From Eledone cirrhosa (Eukaryota): a DNA stretch of 64,000 nt. A model generated the notes under the pieces. That model was not told the origin of the DNA and did no database searches. It was given only the letters and a program-made list of their open reading frames with translations. The DNA is taken from positions 35,464,001 to 35,528,000 of the forward strand of contig OZ024758.1 of the NCBI GenBank assembly GCA_964016885.1. The letters are read 5' to 3'. Both the position numbers and the translations under genes were made by a program. Shown here piece after piece: positions 12,501 to 26,000 of the stretch; the stretch's first letter is position 1, and every line of letters starts with the position of its first letter.

Positions 12501-15500
12501 TTCATGGTATTAGCTGTCAGAAGTAACTCCACTGTTGGTGAGAATTCATTTAAGTTCAAGGTATTAGCTGTCAGAAGGAACTCCAATGTTGGTGAGAATT
12601 CATTTAAGTCATGGTACTAGCTGTCAGAAGTAACTCCACTGTTGGTGAGAATTCATTTAAGTTCATGGTATTAGCTGTCAGAAGGAACTCCACTGTTGCT
12701 GAGAATTCATTTAAGTTCATGGTATTAGCTGTCAGAAGGAACTCCACTGTTGGTGAGAATTCATTTAAGTTCATGGTACTAGCTGTCAGAAGTAACTCCA
12801 CTGTTGGTGAGAATTCATTTAAGTGCATGGTACTAGCTGTCAGAAGTAACTCCAATGTTGGTGAGAATTCATTTAAGTTCATGGTATTAGCTGTCAGAAG
12901 GAACTCCACTGTTGCTGAGAATTCATTTAAGTTCATGGTATTAGCTGTCAGAAGTAACTCCACTGTTGGTGAGAATTCATTTAGGTTCATGGTACTAGCT
13001 GTCAGAAGTAACTCCACTGTTGGTGAGAATTCATTTAAGTTCATGGTATTAGCTGTCAGAAGTCACTCCAATGTTGGTGAGAATTCATTTTGTTCATGGT
13101 ATTAGCTGTCAGAAGTCACTCCACTGTTGGTGAGAATTCATTTAAGTTCATGGTATTAGCTGTCAGAAGTAACCCCAATGTTGGTGAGAATTCATTTAAG
13201 TTCATGGTATTAGCTGTCAGAAGTCACTCCAATGTTGGTAAGAATTCATTTAAGTTCATGGTATTAGCTGTCAGAAGTAACTCCACTGTTGGTGAGAATT
13301 CATTTAAGTTCATGGTATTAGTTTGTCAGAAGTAACTCCACTGTTGGTGAGAATTCATTTAAGTCATGGTATTAGTGTCAGAAGTAACTCCAATGTTGGT
13401 GAGAATTCATTTAAGTTCATGGTATTAGCTGTCAGAAGGAACTCCACTGTTGGTGAGAATTCATTTAAGTTCATGGTATTAGCTGTCAGAAGGAACTCCA
13501 ATGTTGGTGAGAATTCATTTAAGTCATGGTACTAGCTGTCAGAAGTAACTCCACTGTTGGTGAGAATTCATTTAAGTTCATGGTATTAGCTGTCAGAAGG
13601 AACGCCACTGTTGGTGAGAATTCATTTAAGTTCATGGTATTAGCTGTCAGAAGTAACTCCACTGTTGGTGAGAATTCATTTAAGTTCATGGTACTAGCTG
13701 TCAGAAGTAACTCCAATGTTGGTGAGAATTCATTTAAATTCATGGTATTAGCTGTCAGAAGGAACTCCACTGTTGGTGAGAATTCATTTAAGTTCATGGT
13801 ATTAGCTGTCAGAAGTAACTCCACTGTTGGTGAGAATTCATTTAATTCGTCGTATTAGCTGTCAGAAGTAACTCCATTGTTGGTGAGAATTCATTTAAGT
13901 CATGGTACTAGCTGTCAGAAGTAACTCCAATGTTGGTGAGAATTCATTTAAGTTCATGGTATTAGCTGTCAGAAGGAACTCCACTGTTGGTGAGAATTCA
14001 TTTAAGTTCATGGTATTAGCTGTCAGAAGTAACTCCACTGTTGGTGAGAATTCATTTAAGTTCATGGTATTAGCTGTCAGAAGGAACGCCACTGTTGGTG
14101 AGAATTCATTTAAGTTCATGGTATTAGTTGTCAGAAGTAACTCCACTGTTGGTGAGAATTCATTTAAGTTCATGGTACTAGCTGTCAGAAGTAACTCCAA
14201 TGTTGGTGAGAATTCATTTAAGTTCATGGTATTAGCTGTCAGAAGGAACTCCACTGTTGGTGAGAATTCATTTAAGTTCATGGTATTAGCTGTCAGAAGT
14301 AACTCCACTGTTGGTGAGAATTCATTTAATACGTGGTATTAGCTGTCAGAAGTAACTCCATTGTTGGTGAGAATTCATTTAAGTCATGGTACTAGCTGTC
14401 AGAAGTAACTCCAATGTTGGTGAGAATTCATTTAAGTCATGGTACTAGCTGTCAGAAGTAACTCCAATGTTGGTGAGAATTCATTTAAGTTCATGGTATT
14501 AGCTGTCAGAAGGAACTCCACTGTTGGTGAGGATTCATTTAAGTTCATGGTATTAGCTGTCAGAAGTAACTCCACTGTTGGTGAGAATTCATTTAAGTTC
14601 ATGGTATTAGCTGTCAGAAGAAACTCCACTGTTGGTGAGAATTCATTTAAGTTCATGGTACTAGCTGTCAGAAGTAACTCCAATGTTGGTGAGAATTCAC
14701 TTAAGTTCATGGTATTAGCTGTCAGAAGTAACTCCACTGTTGTTGAGAATTCATTTAAGTCATGGTATTAGCTGTCAGAAGTAACTCCAATGTTGGTGAG
14801 AATTCATTTAAGTTCATGGTATTAGCTGTCAGAAGTAACTCCACTGTTGGTGAGAATTCATTTAAGTTCATGGTACTAGCTGTCAGAAGTAACTCCACTG
14901 TTGGTGAGAATTCATTTAAGTTCATGGTATTAGTTTGTCAGAAGTAACTCCACTGTTGGTGAGAATTCATTTAAGTCATGGTATTAGTTGTCAGAAGTAA
15001 CTCCAATGTTGGTGAGAATTCATTTAAGTTCATGGTACAAGCTGTCAGAAGTAACTCCACTGTTGGTGAGAATTCATTTAAGTTCATGGTATTAGCTGTC
15101 AGAAGTAACTCCACTGTTGGTGAGAATTCATTTAAGTCATGGTATTAGCTGTCAGAAGTAACTCCAATGTTGGTGAGAATTCATTTAAGTCATGGTACTA
15201 GCTGTCAGAAGTAACTCCAATGTTGGTGAGAATTCATTTAAGTTCATGGTATTAGCTGTCAGAAGTAACTCCACTGTTGGTGAGAATTCATTTAAGTTCA
15301 TGGTATTAGCTGTCAGAAGTAACTCCACTGTTGGTGAGAATTCATTTAAGTCATGGTATTAGCTGTCAGAAGTAACTCCAATGTTGGTGAGAATTCATTT
15401 AAGTTCATGGTATTAGCTGTCAGAAGTCACTCCACTGTTGGTGAGAATTCATTTAAGTTCATGGTATTAGCTGTCAGAAGTAACTCCACTGTTGGTGAGA

Positions 15501-17020
15501 ATTCATTTAAGTTCATGGTATTAGCTGTCAGAAGGAACTCCAATGTTGGTGAGAATTCATTTAAGTTCATGGTATTAGCTGTCAGAAGTAACTCCACTGT
15601 TGGTGAGAATTCATTTAAGTTCAAGGTATTAGCTGTCAGAAGGAACTCCAATGTTGGTGAGAATTCATTTAAGTCATGGTACTAGCTGTCAGAAGTAACT
15701 CCACTGTTGGTGAGAATTCATTTAAGTTCATGGTATTAGCTGTCAGAAGGAACTCCACTGTTGCTGAGAATTCATTTAAGTTCATGGTATTAGCTGTCAG
15801 AAGGAACTCCACTGTTGGTGAGAATTCATTTAAGTTCATGGTACTAGCTGTCAGAAGTAACTCCACTGTTGGTGAGAATTCATTTAAGTGCATGGTACTA
15901 GATGTCAGAAGTAACTCCAATGTTGGTGAGAATTCATTTAAGTTCATGGTATTAGCTGTCAGAAGGAACTCCACTGTTGCTGAGAATTCATTTAAGTTCA
16001 TGGTATTAGCTGTCAGAAGTAACTCCACTGTTGGTGAGAATTCATTTAGGTTCATGGTACTAGCTGTCAGAAGTAACTCCACTGTTGGTGAGAATTCATT
16101 TAAGTTCATGGTATTAGCTGTCAGAAGTCACTCCAATGTTGGTGAGAATTCATTTAAGTTCATGGTATTAGCTGTCAGAAGTCACTCCACTGTTGGTGAG
16201 AATTCATTTAAGTTCATGGTATTAGCTGTCAGAAGTAACCCCAATGTTGGTGAGAATTCATTTAAGTTCATGGTATTAGCTGTCAGAAGTCACTCCAATG
16301 TTGGTGAGAATTCATTTAAGTTCATGGTATTAGCTGTCAGAAGTAACTCCACTGTTGGTGAGAATTCATTTAAGTTCATGGTATTAGTTTGTCAGAAGTA
16401 ACTCCACTGTTGGTGAGAATTCATTTAAGTCATGGTATTAGTTGTCAGAAGTAACTCCAATGTTGGTGAGAATTCATTTAAGTTCATGGTATTAGCTGTC
16501 AGAAGGAACTCCACTGTTGGTGAGAATTCATTTAAGTTCATGGTATTAGCTGTCAGAAGGAACTCCAATGTTGGTGAGAATTCATTTAAGTCATGGTACT
16601 AGCTGTCAGAAGTAACTCCACTGTTGGTGAGAATTCATTTAAGTTCATGGTATTAGCTGTCAGAAGGAACGCCACTGTTGGTGAGAATTCATTTAAGTTC
16701 ATGGTATTAGCTGTCAGAAGTAACTCCACTGTTGGTGAGAATTCATTTAAGTTCATGGTACTAGCTGTCAGAAGTAACTCCAATGTTGGTGAGAATTCAT
16801 TTAAATTCATGGTATTAGCTGTCAGAAGGAACTCCACTGTTGGTGAGAATTCATTTAAGTTCATGGTATTAGCTGTCAGAAGTAACTCCACTGTTGGTGA
16901 GAATTCATTTAATTCGTCGTATTAGCTGTCAGAAGTAACTCCATTGTTGGTGAGAATTCATTTAAGTCATGGTACTAGCTGTCAGAAGTAACTCCAATGT
17001 TGGTGAGAATTCATTTAAGT
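3500..17020 (+). repeat. HOR domain A: ~3.1-3.2 kb (about 57-60 monomer) higher-order unit with a superimposed 4,893-bp tandem duplication
   Basis: Matching ORF and indel patterns at 4115/7342, 4491/7718 and 5408/8635 (offset 3227), and at 5408/10301, 6697/11590 and 7342/12235 (offset 4893). Domain markers: AAGTGCATGG (~4701, 7928, 12821, 15886), TTGTACTAGCTGTCAGATG (~4331, 7558, 12451) and AATACGTGG (~6263, 9436, 11156, 14328). Confidence 0.88.
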
Positions 17021-20000
17021 CATGGTACTAGCTGTCAGAAGTAACTCCAATGTTGGTGAGAATTCATTTAAGTTCATGGTATTAGCTGTCAGAAGGAACT
17101 CCACTGTTGGTGAGAATTCATTTAAGTTCATGGTATTAGCTGTCAGAAGTAACTCCACTGTTGGTGAGAATTCATTTAAGTTCATGGTATTAGCTGTCAG
17201 AAGTAACTCCACTGTTGGTGAGAATTCATTTAAGTTCATGGTACTAGCTGTCAGAAGTAACTCCAATGTTGGTGAGAATTCATTTAAGTTCATGGTATTA
17301 GCTGTCAGAAGTAACTCCACTGTTGGTGAGAATTCATTTAAGTCATGGTATTAGCTGTCAGAAGTAACTCCAATGTTGGTGAGAATTCATTTAAGTTCAT
17401 GGTATTAGCTGTCAGAAGTAACTCCACTGTTGGTGGGAATTCATTTAAGTCATGGTATTAGCTGTCAGAAGTAACTCCAATGTTGGTGAGAATTCATTTA
17501 AGTTCATGGTATTAGCTGTCAGAAGTAACTCCACTGTTGGTGAGAATTCATTTAAGTTCATGGTATTAGCTGTCAGAAGTAACTCCACTGTTGGTGAGAA
17601 TTCATTTAAGTTCATGGTACTAGCTGTCAGAAGTAACTCCAATGTTGGTGAGAATTCATTTAAGTTCATGGTACAAGCTGTCAGAAGTAACTCCACTGTT
17701 GGTGAGAATTCATTTAAGTTCATGGTATTAGCTGTCAGAAGTAACTCCACTGTTGGTGAGAATTCATTTAAGTCATGGTATTAGCTGTCAGAAGTAACTC
17801 CAATGTTGGTGAGAATTCATTTAAGTCATGGTACTATCTGTCAGAAGTAACTCCAATGTTGGTGAGAATTCATTTAAGTTCATGGTATTAGCTGTCAGAA
17901 GTAACTCCACTGTTGGTGATAATTCATTTAAGTTCATGGTATTAGCTGTCAGAAGTAACTCCACTGTTGGTGAGAATTCATTTAAGTCATGGTATTAGCT
18001 GTCAGAAGTAACTCCAATGTTGGTGAGAATTCATTTAAGTTCATGGTATTAGCTGTCAGAAGTCACTCCACTGTTGGTGAGAATTCATTTAAGTCCATGG
18101 TATTAGCTGTCAGAAGTAACTCCACTGTTGGTGAGAATTCATTTAAGTTCATGGTATTAGCTGTCAGAAGGAACTCCAATGTTGGTGAGAATTCATTTAA
18201 GTCATGGTACTAGCTGTCAGAAGTAACTCCACTGTTGGTGAGAATTCATTTAAGTTCATGGTATTAGCTGTCAGAAGGAACGCCACTGTTGGTGAGAATT
18301 CATTTAAGTTCATGGTATTAGCTGTCAGAAGTAACTCCACTGTTGGTGAGAATTCATTTAAGTTCATGGTACTAGCTGTCAGAAGTAACTCCAATGTTGG
18401 TGAGAATTCATTTAAGTTCATGGTATTAGCTGTCAGAAGGAACTCCACTGTTGCTGAGAATTCATTTAAGTTCATGGTATTAGCTGTCAGAAGGAACTCC
18501 ACTGTTGGTGAGAATTCATTTAAGTTCATGGTACTAGCTGTCAGAAGTAACTCCACTGTTGGTGAGAATTCATTTAAGTTCATGGTACTAGCTGTCAGAA
18601 GTAACTCCAATGTTGGTGAGAATTCATTTAAGTTCATGGTATTAGCTGTCAGAAGGAACTCCACTGTTGCTGAGAATTCATTTAAGTTCATGGTATTAGC
18701 TGTCAGAAGTAACTCCACTGTTGGTGAGAATTCATTTAGGTTCATGGTACTAGCTGTCAGAAGTAACTCCACTGTTGGTGAGAATTCATTTAAGTTCATG
18801 GTATTAGCTGTCAGAAGTCACTCCAATGTTGGTGAGAATTCATTTAAGTTCATGGTATTAGCTGTCAGAAGGAACTCCACTGTTGCTGAGAATTAATTTA
18901 AGTTCATGGTATTAGCTGTCAGAAGGAACTCCACTGTTGGTGAGAATTCATTTAAGTTCATGGTACTAGCTGTCAGAAGTAACTCCACTGTTGGTGAGAA
19001 TTCATTTAAGTTCATGGTACTAGCTGTCAGAAGTAACTCCAATGTTGGTGAGAATTCATTTAAGTTCATGGTATTAGCTGTCAGAAGTAACTCCACTGTT
19101 GGTGATAATTCATTTAAGTTCATGGTATTAGCTGTCAGAAGTAACTCCACTGTTGGTGAGAATTCATTTAAGTCATGGTATTAGCTGTCAGAAGTAACTC
19201 CAATGTTGGTGAGAATTCATTTAAGTTCATGGTATTAGCTGTCAGAAGTCACTCCACTGTTGGTGAGAATTCATTTAAGTCCATGGTATTAGCTGTCAGA
19301 AGTAACTCCACTGTTGGTGAGAATTCATTTAAGTTCATGGTATTAGCTGTCAGAAGGAACTCCAATGTTGGTGAGAATTCATTTAAGTCATGGTACTAGC
19401 TGTCAGAAGTAACTCCACTGTTGGTGAGAATTCATTTAAGTTCATGGTATTAGCTGTCAGAAGGAACGCCACTGTTGGTGAGAATTCATTTAAGTTCATG
19501 GTATTAGCTGTCAGAAGTAACTCCACTGTTGGTGAGAATTCATTTAAGTTCATGGTACTAGCTGTCAGAAGTAACTCCAATGTTGGTGAGAATTCATTTA
19601 AGTTCATGGTATTAGCTGTCAGAAGGAACTCCACTGTTGCTGAGAATTCATTTAAGTTCATGGTATTAGCTGTCAGAAGGAACTCCACTGTTGGTGAGAA
19701 TTCATTTAAGTTCATGGTACTAGCTGTCAGAAGTAACTCCACTGTTGGTGAGAATTCATTTAAGTTCATGGTACTAGCTGTCAGAAGTAACTCCAATGTT
19801 GGTGAGAATTCATTTAAGTTCATGGTATTAGCTGTCAGAAGGAACTCCACTGTTGGTGAGAATTCATTTAGGTTCATGGTACTAGCTGTCAGAAGTAACT
19901 CCACTGTTGGTGAGAATTCATTTAAGTTCATGGTATTAGCTGTCAGAAGTCACTCCAATGTTGGTGAGAATTCATTTAAGTTCATGGTATTAGCTGTCAG

Positions 20001-23000
20001 AAGGAACTCCACTGTTGCTGAGAATTAATTTAAGTTCATGGTATTAGCTGTCAGAAGGAACTCCACTGTTGGTGAGAATTCATTTAAGTTCATGGTACTA
20101 GCTGTCAGAAGTAACTCCACTGTTGGTGAGAATTCATTTAAGTTCATGGTACTAGCTGTCAGAAGTAACTCCAATGTTGGTGAGAATTCATTTAAGTTCA
20201 TGGTATTAGCTGTCAGAAGGAACTCCACTGTTGCTGAGAATTCATTTAAGTTCATGGTATTAGCTGTCAGAAGTAACTCCACTGTTGGTGAGAATTCATT
20301 TAGGTTCATGGTACTAGCTGTCAGAAGTAACTCCACTGTTGGTGAGAATTCATTTAAGTTCATGGTATTAGCTGTCAGAAGTCACTCCAATGTTGGTGAG
20401 AATTCATTTAAGTTCATGGTATTAGCTGTCAGAAGTCACTCCACTGTTGGTGAGAATTCATTTAAGTTCATGGTATTAGCTGTCAGAAGTAACCCCAATG
20501 TTGGTGAGTATTCATTTAAGTTCATGGTATTAGCTGTCAGAAGTCACTCCAATGTTGGTGAGAATTCATTTAAGTTCATGGTATTAGCTGTCAGAAGTAA
20601 CTCCACTGTTGGTGAGAATTCATTTAAGTTCATGGTATTAGTTTGTCAGAAGTAACTCCACTGTTGGTGAGAATTCATTTAAGTCATGGTATTAGTTGTC
20701 AGAAGTAACTCCAATGTTGGTGAGAATTCATTTAAGTTCATGGTATTAGCTGTCAGAAGGAACTCCACTGTTGGTGAGAATTCATTTAAGTTCATGGTAT
20801 TAGCTGTCAGAAGGAACTCCAATGTTGGTGAGAATTCATTTAAGTCATGGTACTAGCTGTCAGAAGTAACTCCACTGTTGGTGAGAATTCATTTAAGTTC
20901 ATGGTATTAGCTGTCAGAAGTAACTCCACTGTTGGTGAGAATTCATTTAAGTTCATGGTATTAGCTGTCAGAAGTCACTCCAATGTTGGTGAGAATTCAT
21001 TTAAGTTCATGGTATTAGCTGTCAGAAGTCACTCCACTGTTGGTGAGAATTCATTTAAGTTCATGGTATTAGCTGTCAGAAGTAACCCCAATGTTGGTGA
21101 GAATTCATTTAAGTTCATGGTATTAGCTGTCAGAAGTCACTCCAATGTTGGTGAGAATTCATTTAAGTTCATGGTATTAGCTGTCAGAAGTAACTCCACT
21201 GTTGGTGAGAATTCATTTAAGTTCATGGTATTAGTTTGTCAGAAGTAACTCCACTGTTGGTGAGAATTCATTTAAGTCATGGTATTAGTTGTCAGAAGTA
21301 ACTCCAATGTTGGTGAGAATTCATTTAAGTTCAAGGTATTAGTTGTCAGAAGGAACTCCACTGTTGTTGAGAATTCATTTAAGTTCATGGTATTAGCTGT
21401 CAGAAGGAACTCCAATGTTGGTGAGAATTCATTTAAGTCATGGTACTAGCTGTCAGAAGTAACTCCACTGTTGGTGAGAATTCATTTAAGTTCATGGTAT
21501 TAGCTGTCAGAAGGAACGCCACTGTTGGTGAGAATTCATTTAAGTTCATGGTATTAGTTGTCAGAAGTAACTCCACTGTTGGTGAGAATTCATTTAAGTT
21601 CATGGTACTAGCTGTCAGAAGTAACTCCAATGTTGGTGAGAATTCATTTAAATTCATGGTATTAGCTGTCAGAAGGAACTCCACTGTTGGTGAGAATTCA
21701 TTTAAGTTCATGGTATTAGCTGTCAGAAGTAACTCCACTGTTGGTGAGAATTCATTTAATTTGTCGTATTAGCTGTCAGAAGTAACTCCATTGTTGGTGA
21801 GAATTCATTTAAGTCATGGTACTAGCTGTCAGAAGTAACTCCAATGTTGGTGAGAATTCATTTAAGTCATGGTACTAACTGTCAGAAGTAACTCCAATGT
21901 TGGTGAGAATTCATTTAAGTTCATGGTATTAGCTGTCAGAAGGAACTCCACTGTTGGTGAGAATTCATTTAAGTTCATGGTATTAGCTGTCAGAAGTAAC
22001 TCCACTGTTGGTGAGAATTCATTTAAGTTCATGGTATTAGCTGTCAGAAGTAACTCCACTGTTGGTGAGAATTCATTTAAGTTCATGGTACTAGCTGTCA
22101 GAAGTAACTCCACTGTTGGTGAGAATTCATTTAAGTTCATGGTATTAGCTGTCAGAAGTAACTCCACTGTTGGTGAGAATTCATTTAAGTCATGGTATTA
22201 GCTGTCAGAAGTAACTCCAATGTTGGTGAGAATTCATTTAAGTTCATGGTATTAGCTGTCAGAAGTAACTCCACTGTTGGTGGGAATTCATTTAAGTCAT
22301 GGTATTAGCTGTCAGAAGTAACTCCAATGTTGGTGAGAATTCATTTAAGTTCATGGTATTAGCTGTCAGAAGTAACTCCACTGTTGGTGAGAATTCATTT
22401 AAGTTAATGGTATTAGCTGTCAGAAGTAACTCCACTGTTGGTGAGAATTCATTTAAGTTCATGGTACTAGCTGTCAGAAGTAACTCCAATGTTGGTGAGA
22501 ATTCATTTAAGTTCATGGTACAAGCTGTCAGAAGTAACTCCACTGTTGGTGAGAATTCATTTAAGTTCATGGTATTAGCTGTCAGAAGTAACTCCACTGT
22601 TGGTGAGAATTCATTTAAGTCATGGTATTAGCTGTCAGAAGTAACTCCAATGTTGGTGAGAATTCATTTAAGTCATGGTACTATCTGTCAGAAGTAACTC
22701 CAATGTTGGTGAGAATTCATTTAAGTTCATGGTATTAGCTGTCAGAAGTAACTCCACTGTTGGTGATAATTCATTTAAGTTCATGGTATTAGCTGTCAGA
22801 AGTAACTCCACTGTTGGTGAGAATTCATTTAAGTCATGGTATTAGCTGTCAGAAGTAACTCCAATGTTGGTGAGAATTCATTTAAGTTCATGGTATTAGC
22901 TGTCAGAAGTCACTCCACTGTTGGTGAGAATTCATTTAAGTTCATGGTATTAGCTGTCAGAAGTAACTCCACTGTTGGTGAGAATTCATTTAAGTTCATG

Positions 23001-26000
23001 GTATTAGCTGTCAGAAGGAACTCCAATGTTGGTGAGAATTCATTTAAGTCATGGTACTAGCTGTCAGAAGTAACTCCACTGTTGGTGAGAATTCATTTAA
23101 GTTCATGGTATTAGCTGTCAGAAGGAACGCCACTGTTGGTGAGAATTCATTTAAGTTCATGGTATTAGCTGTCAGAAGTAACTCCACTGTTGGTGAGAAT
23201 TCATTTAAGTTCATGGTACTAGCTGTCAGAAGTAACTCCAATGTTGGTGAGAATTCATTTAAGTTCATGGTATTAGCTGTCAGAAGGAACTCCACTGTTG
23301 CTGAGAATTCATTTAAGTTCATGGTATTAGCTGTCAGAAGGAACTCCACTGTTGGTGAGAATTCATTTAAGTTCATGGTACTAGCTGTCAGAAGTAACTC
23401 CACTGTTGGTGAGAATTCATTTAAGTTCATGGTACTAGCTGTCAGAAGTAACTCCAATGTTGGTGAGAATTCATTTAAGTTCATGGTATTAGCTGTCAGA
23501 AGGAACTCCACTGTTGCTGAGAATTCATTTAAGTTCATGGTATTAGCTGTCAGAAGTAACTCCACTGTTGGTGAGAATTCATTTAGGTTCATGGTACTAG
23601 CTGTCAGAAGTAACTCCACTGTTGGTGAGAATTCATTTAAGTTCATGGTATTAGCTGTCAGAAGTCACTCCAATGTTGGTGAGAATTCATTTAAGTTCAT
23701 GGTATTAGCTGTCAGAAGTCACTCCACTGTTGGTGAGAATTCATTTAAGTTCATGGTATTAGCTGTCAGATGTAACCCCAATGTTGGTGAGAATTCATTT
23801 AAGTTCATGGTATTAGCTGTCAGAAGTCACTCCAATGTTGGTGAGAATTCATTTAAGTTCATGGTATTAGCTGTCAGAATTAACTCCACTGTTGGTGAGA
23901 ATTCATTTAAGTTCATGGTATTAGCTGTCAGAAGTAACTCCACTGTTGGTGAGAATTCATTTAAGTCATGGTATTAGCTGTCAGAAGTAACTCCAATGTT
24001 GGTGAGAATTCATTTAAGTCATGGTACTATCTGTCAGAAGTAACTCCAATGTTGGTGAGAATTCATTTAAGTTCATGGTATTAGCTGTCAGAAGTAACTC
24101 CACTGTTGGTGATAATTCATTTAAGTTCATGGTATTAGCTGTCAGAAGTAACTCCACTGTTGGTGAGAATTCATTTAAGTCATGGTATTAGCTGTCAGAA
24201 GTAACTCCAATGTTGGTGAGAATTCATTTAAGTTCATGGTATTAGCTGTCAGAAGTCACTCCTCTGTTGGTGAGAATTCATTTAAGTTCATGGTATTAGC
24301 TGTCAGAAGTAACTCCACTGTTGGTGAGAATTCATTTAAGTTCATGGTATTAGCTGTCAGAAGGAACTCCAATGTTGGTGAGAATTCATTTAAGTCATGG
24401 TACTAGCTGTCAGAAGTAACTCCACTGTTGGTGAGAATTCATTTAAGTTCATGGTATTAGCTGTCAGAAGGAACGCCACTGTTGGTGAGAATTCATTTAA
24501 GTTCATGGTATTAGCTGTCAGAAGTAACTCCACTGTTGGTGAGAATTCATTTAAGTTCATGGTACTAGCTGTCAGAAGTAACTCCAATGTTGGTGAGAAT
24601 TCATTTAAGTTCATGGTATTAGCTGTCAGAAGTAACTCCACTGTTGGTGATAATTCATTTAAGTTCATGGTATTAGCTGTCAGAAGTAACTCCACTGTTG
24701 GTGAGAATTCATTTAAGTCATGGTATTAGCTGTCAGAAGTAACTCCAATGTTGGTGAGAATTCATTTAAGTTCATGGTATTAGCTGTCAGAAGTCACTCC
24801 TCTGTTGGTGAGAATTCATTTAAGTTCATGGTATTAGCTGTCAGAAGTAACTCCACTGTTGGTGAGAATTCATTTAAGTTCATGGTATTAGCTGTCAGAA
24901 GGAACTCCAATGTTGGTGAGAATTCATTTAAGTCATGGTACTAGCTGTCAGAAGTAACTCCACTGTTGGTGAGAATTCATTTAAGTTCATGGTATTAGCT
25001 GTCAGAAGGAACGCCACTGTTGGTGAGAATTCATTTAAGTTCATGGTATTAGCTGTCAGAAGTAACTCCACTGTTGGTGAGAATTCATTTAAGTTCATGG
25101 TACTAGCTGTCAGAAGTAACTCCAATGTTGGTGAGAATTCATTTAAGTTCATGGTATTAGCTGTCAGAAGGAACTCCACTGTTGCTGAGAATTCATTTAA
25201 GTTCATGGTATTAGCTGTCAGAAGGAACTCCACTGTTGGTGAGAATTCATTTAAGTTCATGGTACTAGCTGTCAGAAGTAACTCCACTGTTGGTGAGAAT
25301 TCATTTAAGTTCATGGTACTAGCTGTCAGAAGTAACTCCAATGTTGGTGAGAATTCATTTAAGTTCATGGTATTAGCTGTCAGAAGGAACTCCACTGTTG
25401 CTGAGAATTCATTTAAGTTCATGGTATTAGCTGTCAGAAGTAACTCCACTGTTGGTGAGAATTCATTTAGGTTCATGGTACTAGCTGTCAGAAGTAACTC
25501 CACTGTGGGTGAGAATTCATTTAAGTTCATGGTATTAGCTGTCAGAAGTCACTCCAATGTTGGTGAGAATTCATTTAAGTTCATGGTATTAGCTGTCAGA
25601 AGTCACTCCACTGTTGGTGAGAATTCATTTAAGTTCATGGTATTAGCTGTCAGATGTAACCCCAATGTTGGTGAGAATTCATTTAAGTTCATGGTATTAG
25701 CTGTCAGAAGTCACTCCAATGTTGGTGAGAATTCATTTAAGTTCATGGTATTAGCTGTCAGAATTAACTCCACTGTTGGTGAGAATTCATTTAAGTTCAT
25801 GGTATTAGTTTGTCAGAAGTAACTCCACTGTTGGTGAGAATTCATTTAAGTCATGGTATTAGTTGTCAGAAGTAACTCCAATGTTGGTGAGAATTCATTT
25901 AAGTTCATGGTATTAGCTGTCAGAAGGAACTCCACTGTTGGTGAGAATTCATTTAAGTTCATGGTATTAGCTGTCAGAAGGAACTCCAATGTTGGTGAGA

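Noticed and set aside
13085-13380. Singleton 1-bp deletions (~13091, ~13376; also ~50160) that create odd ORFs such as 13323..13535
   Set aside because: They are unique to one HOR copy each, so they are likely private mutations or consensus errors with no functional signal.
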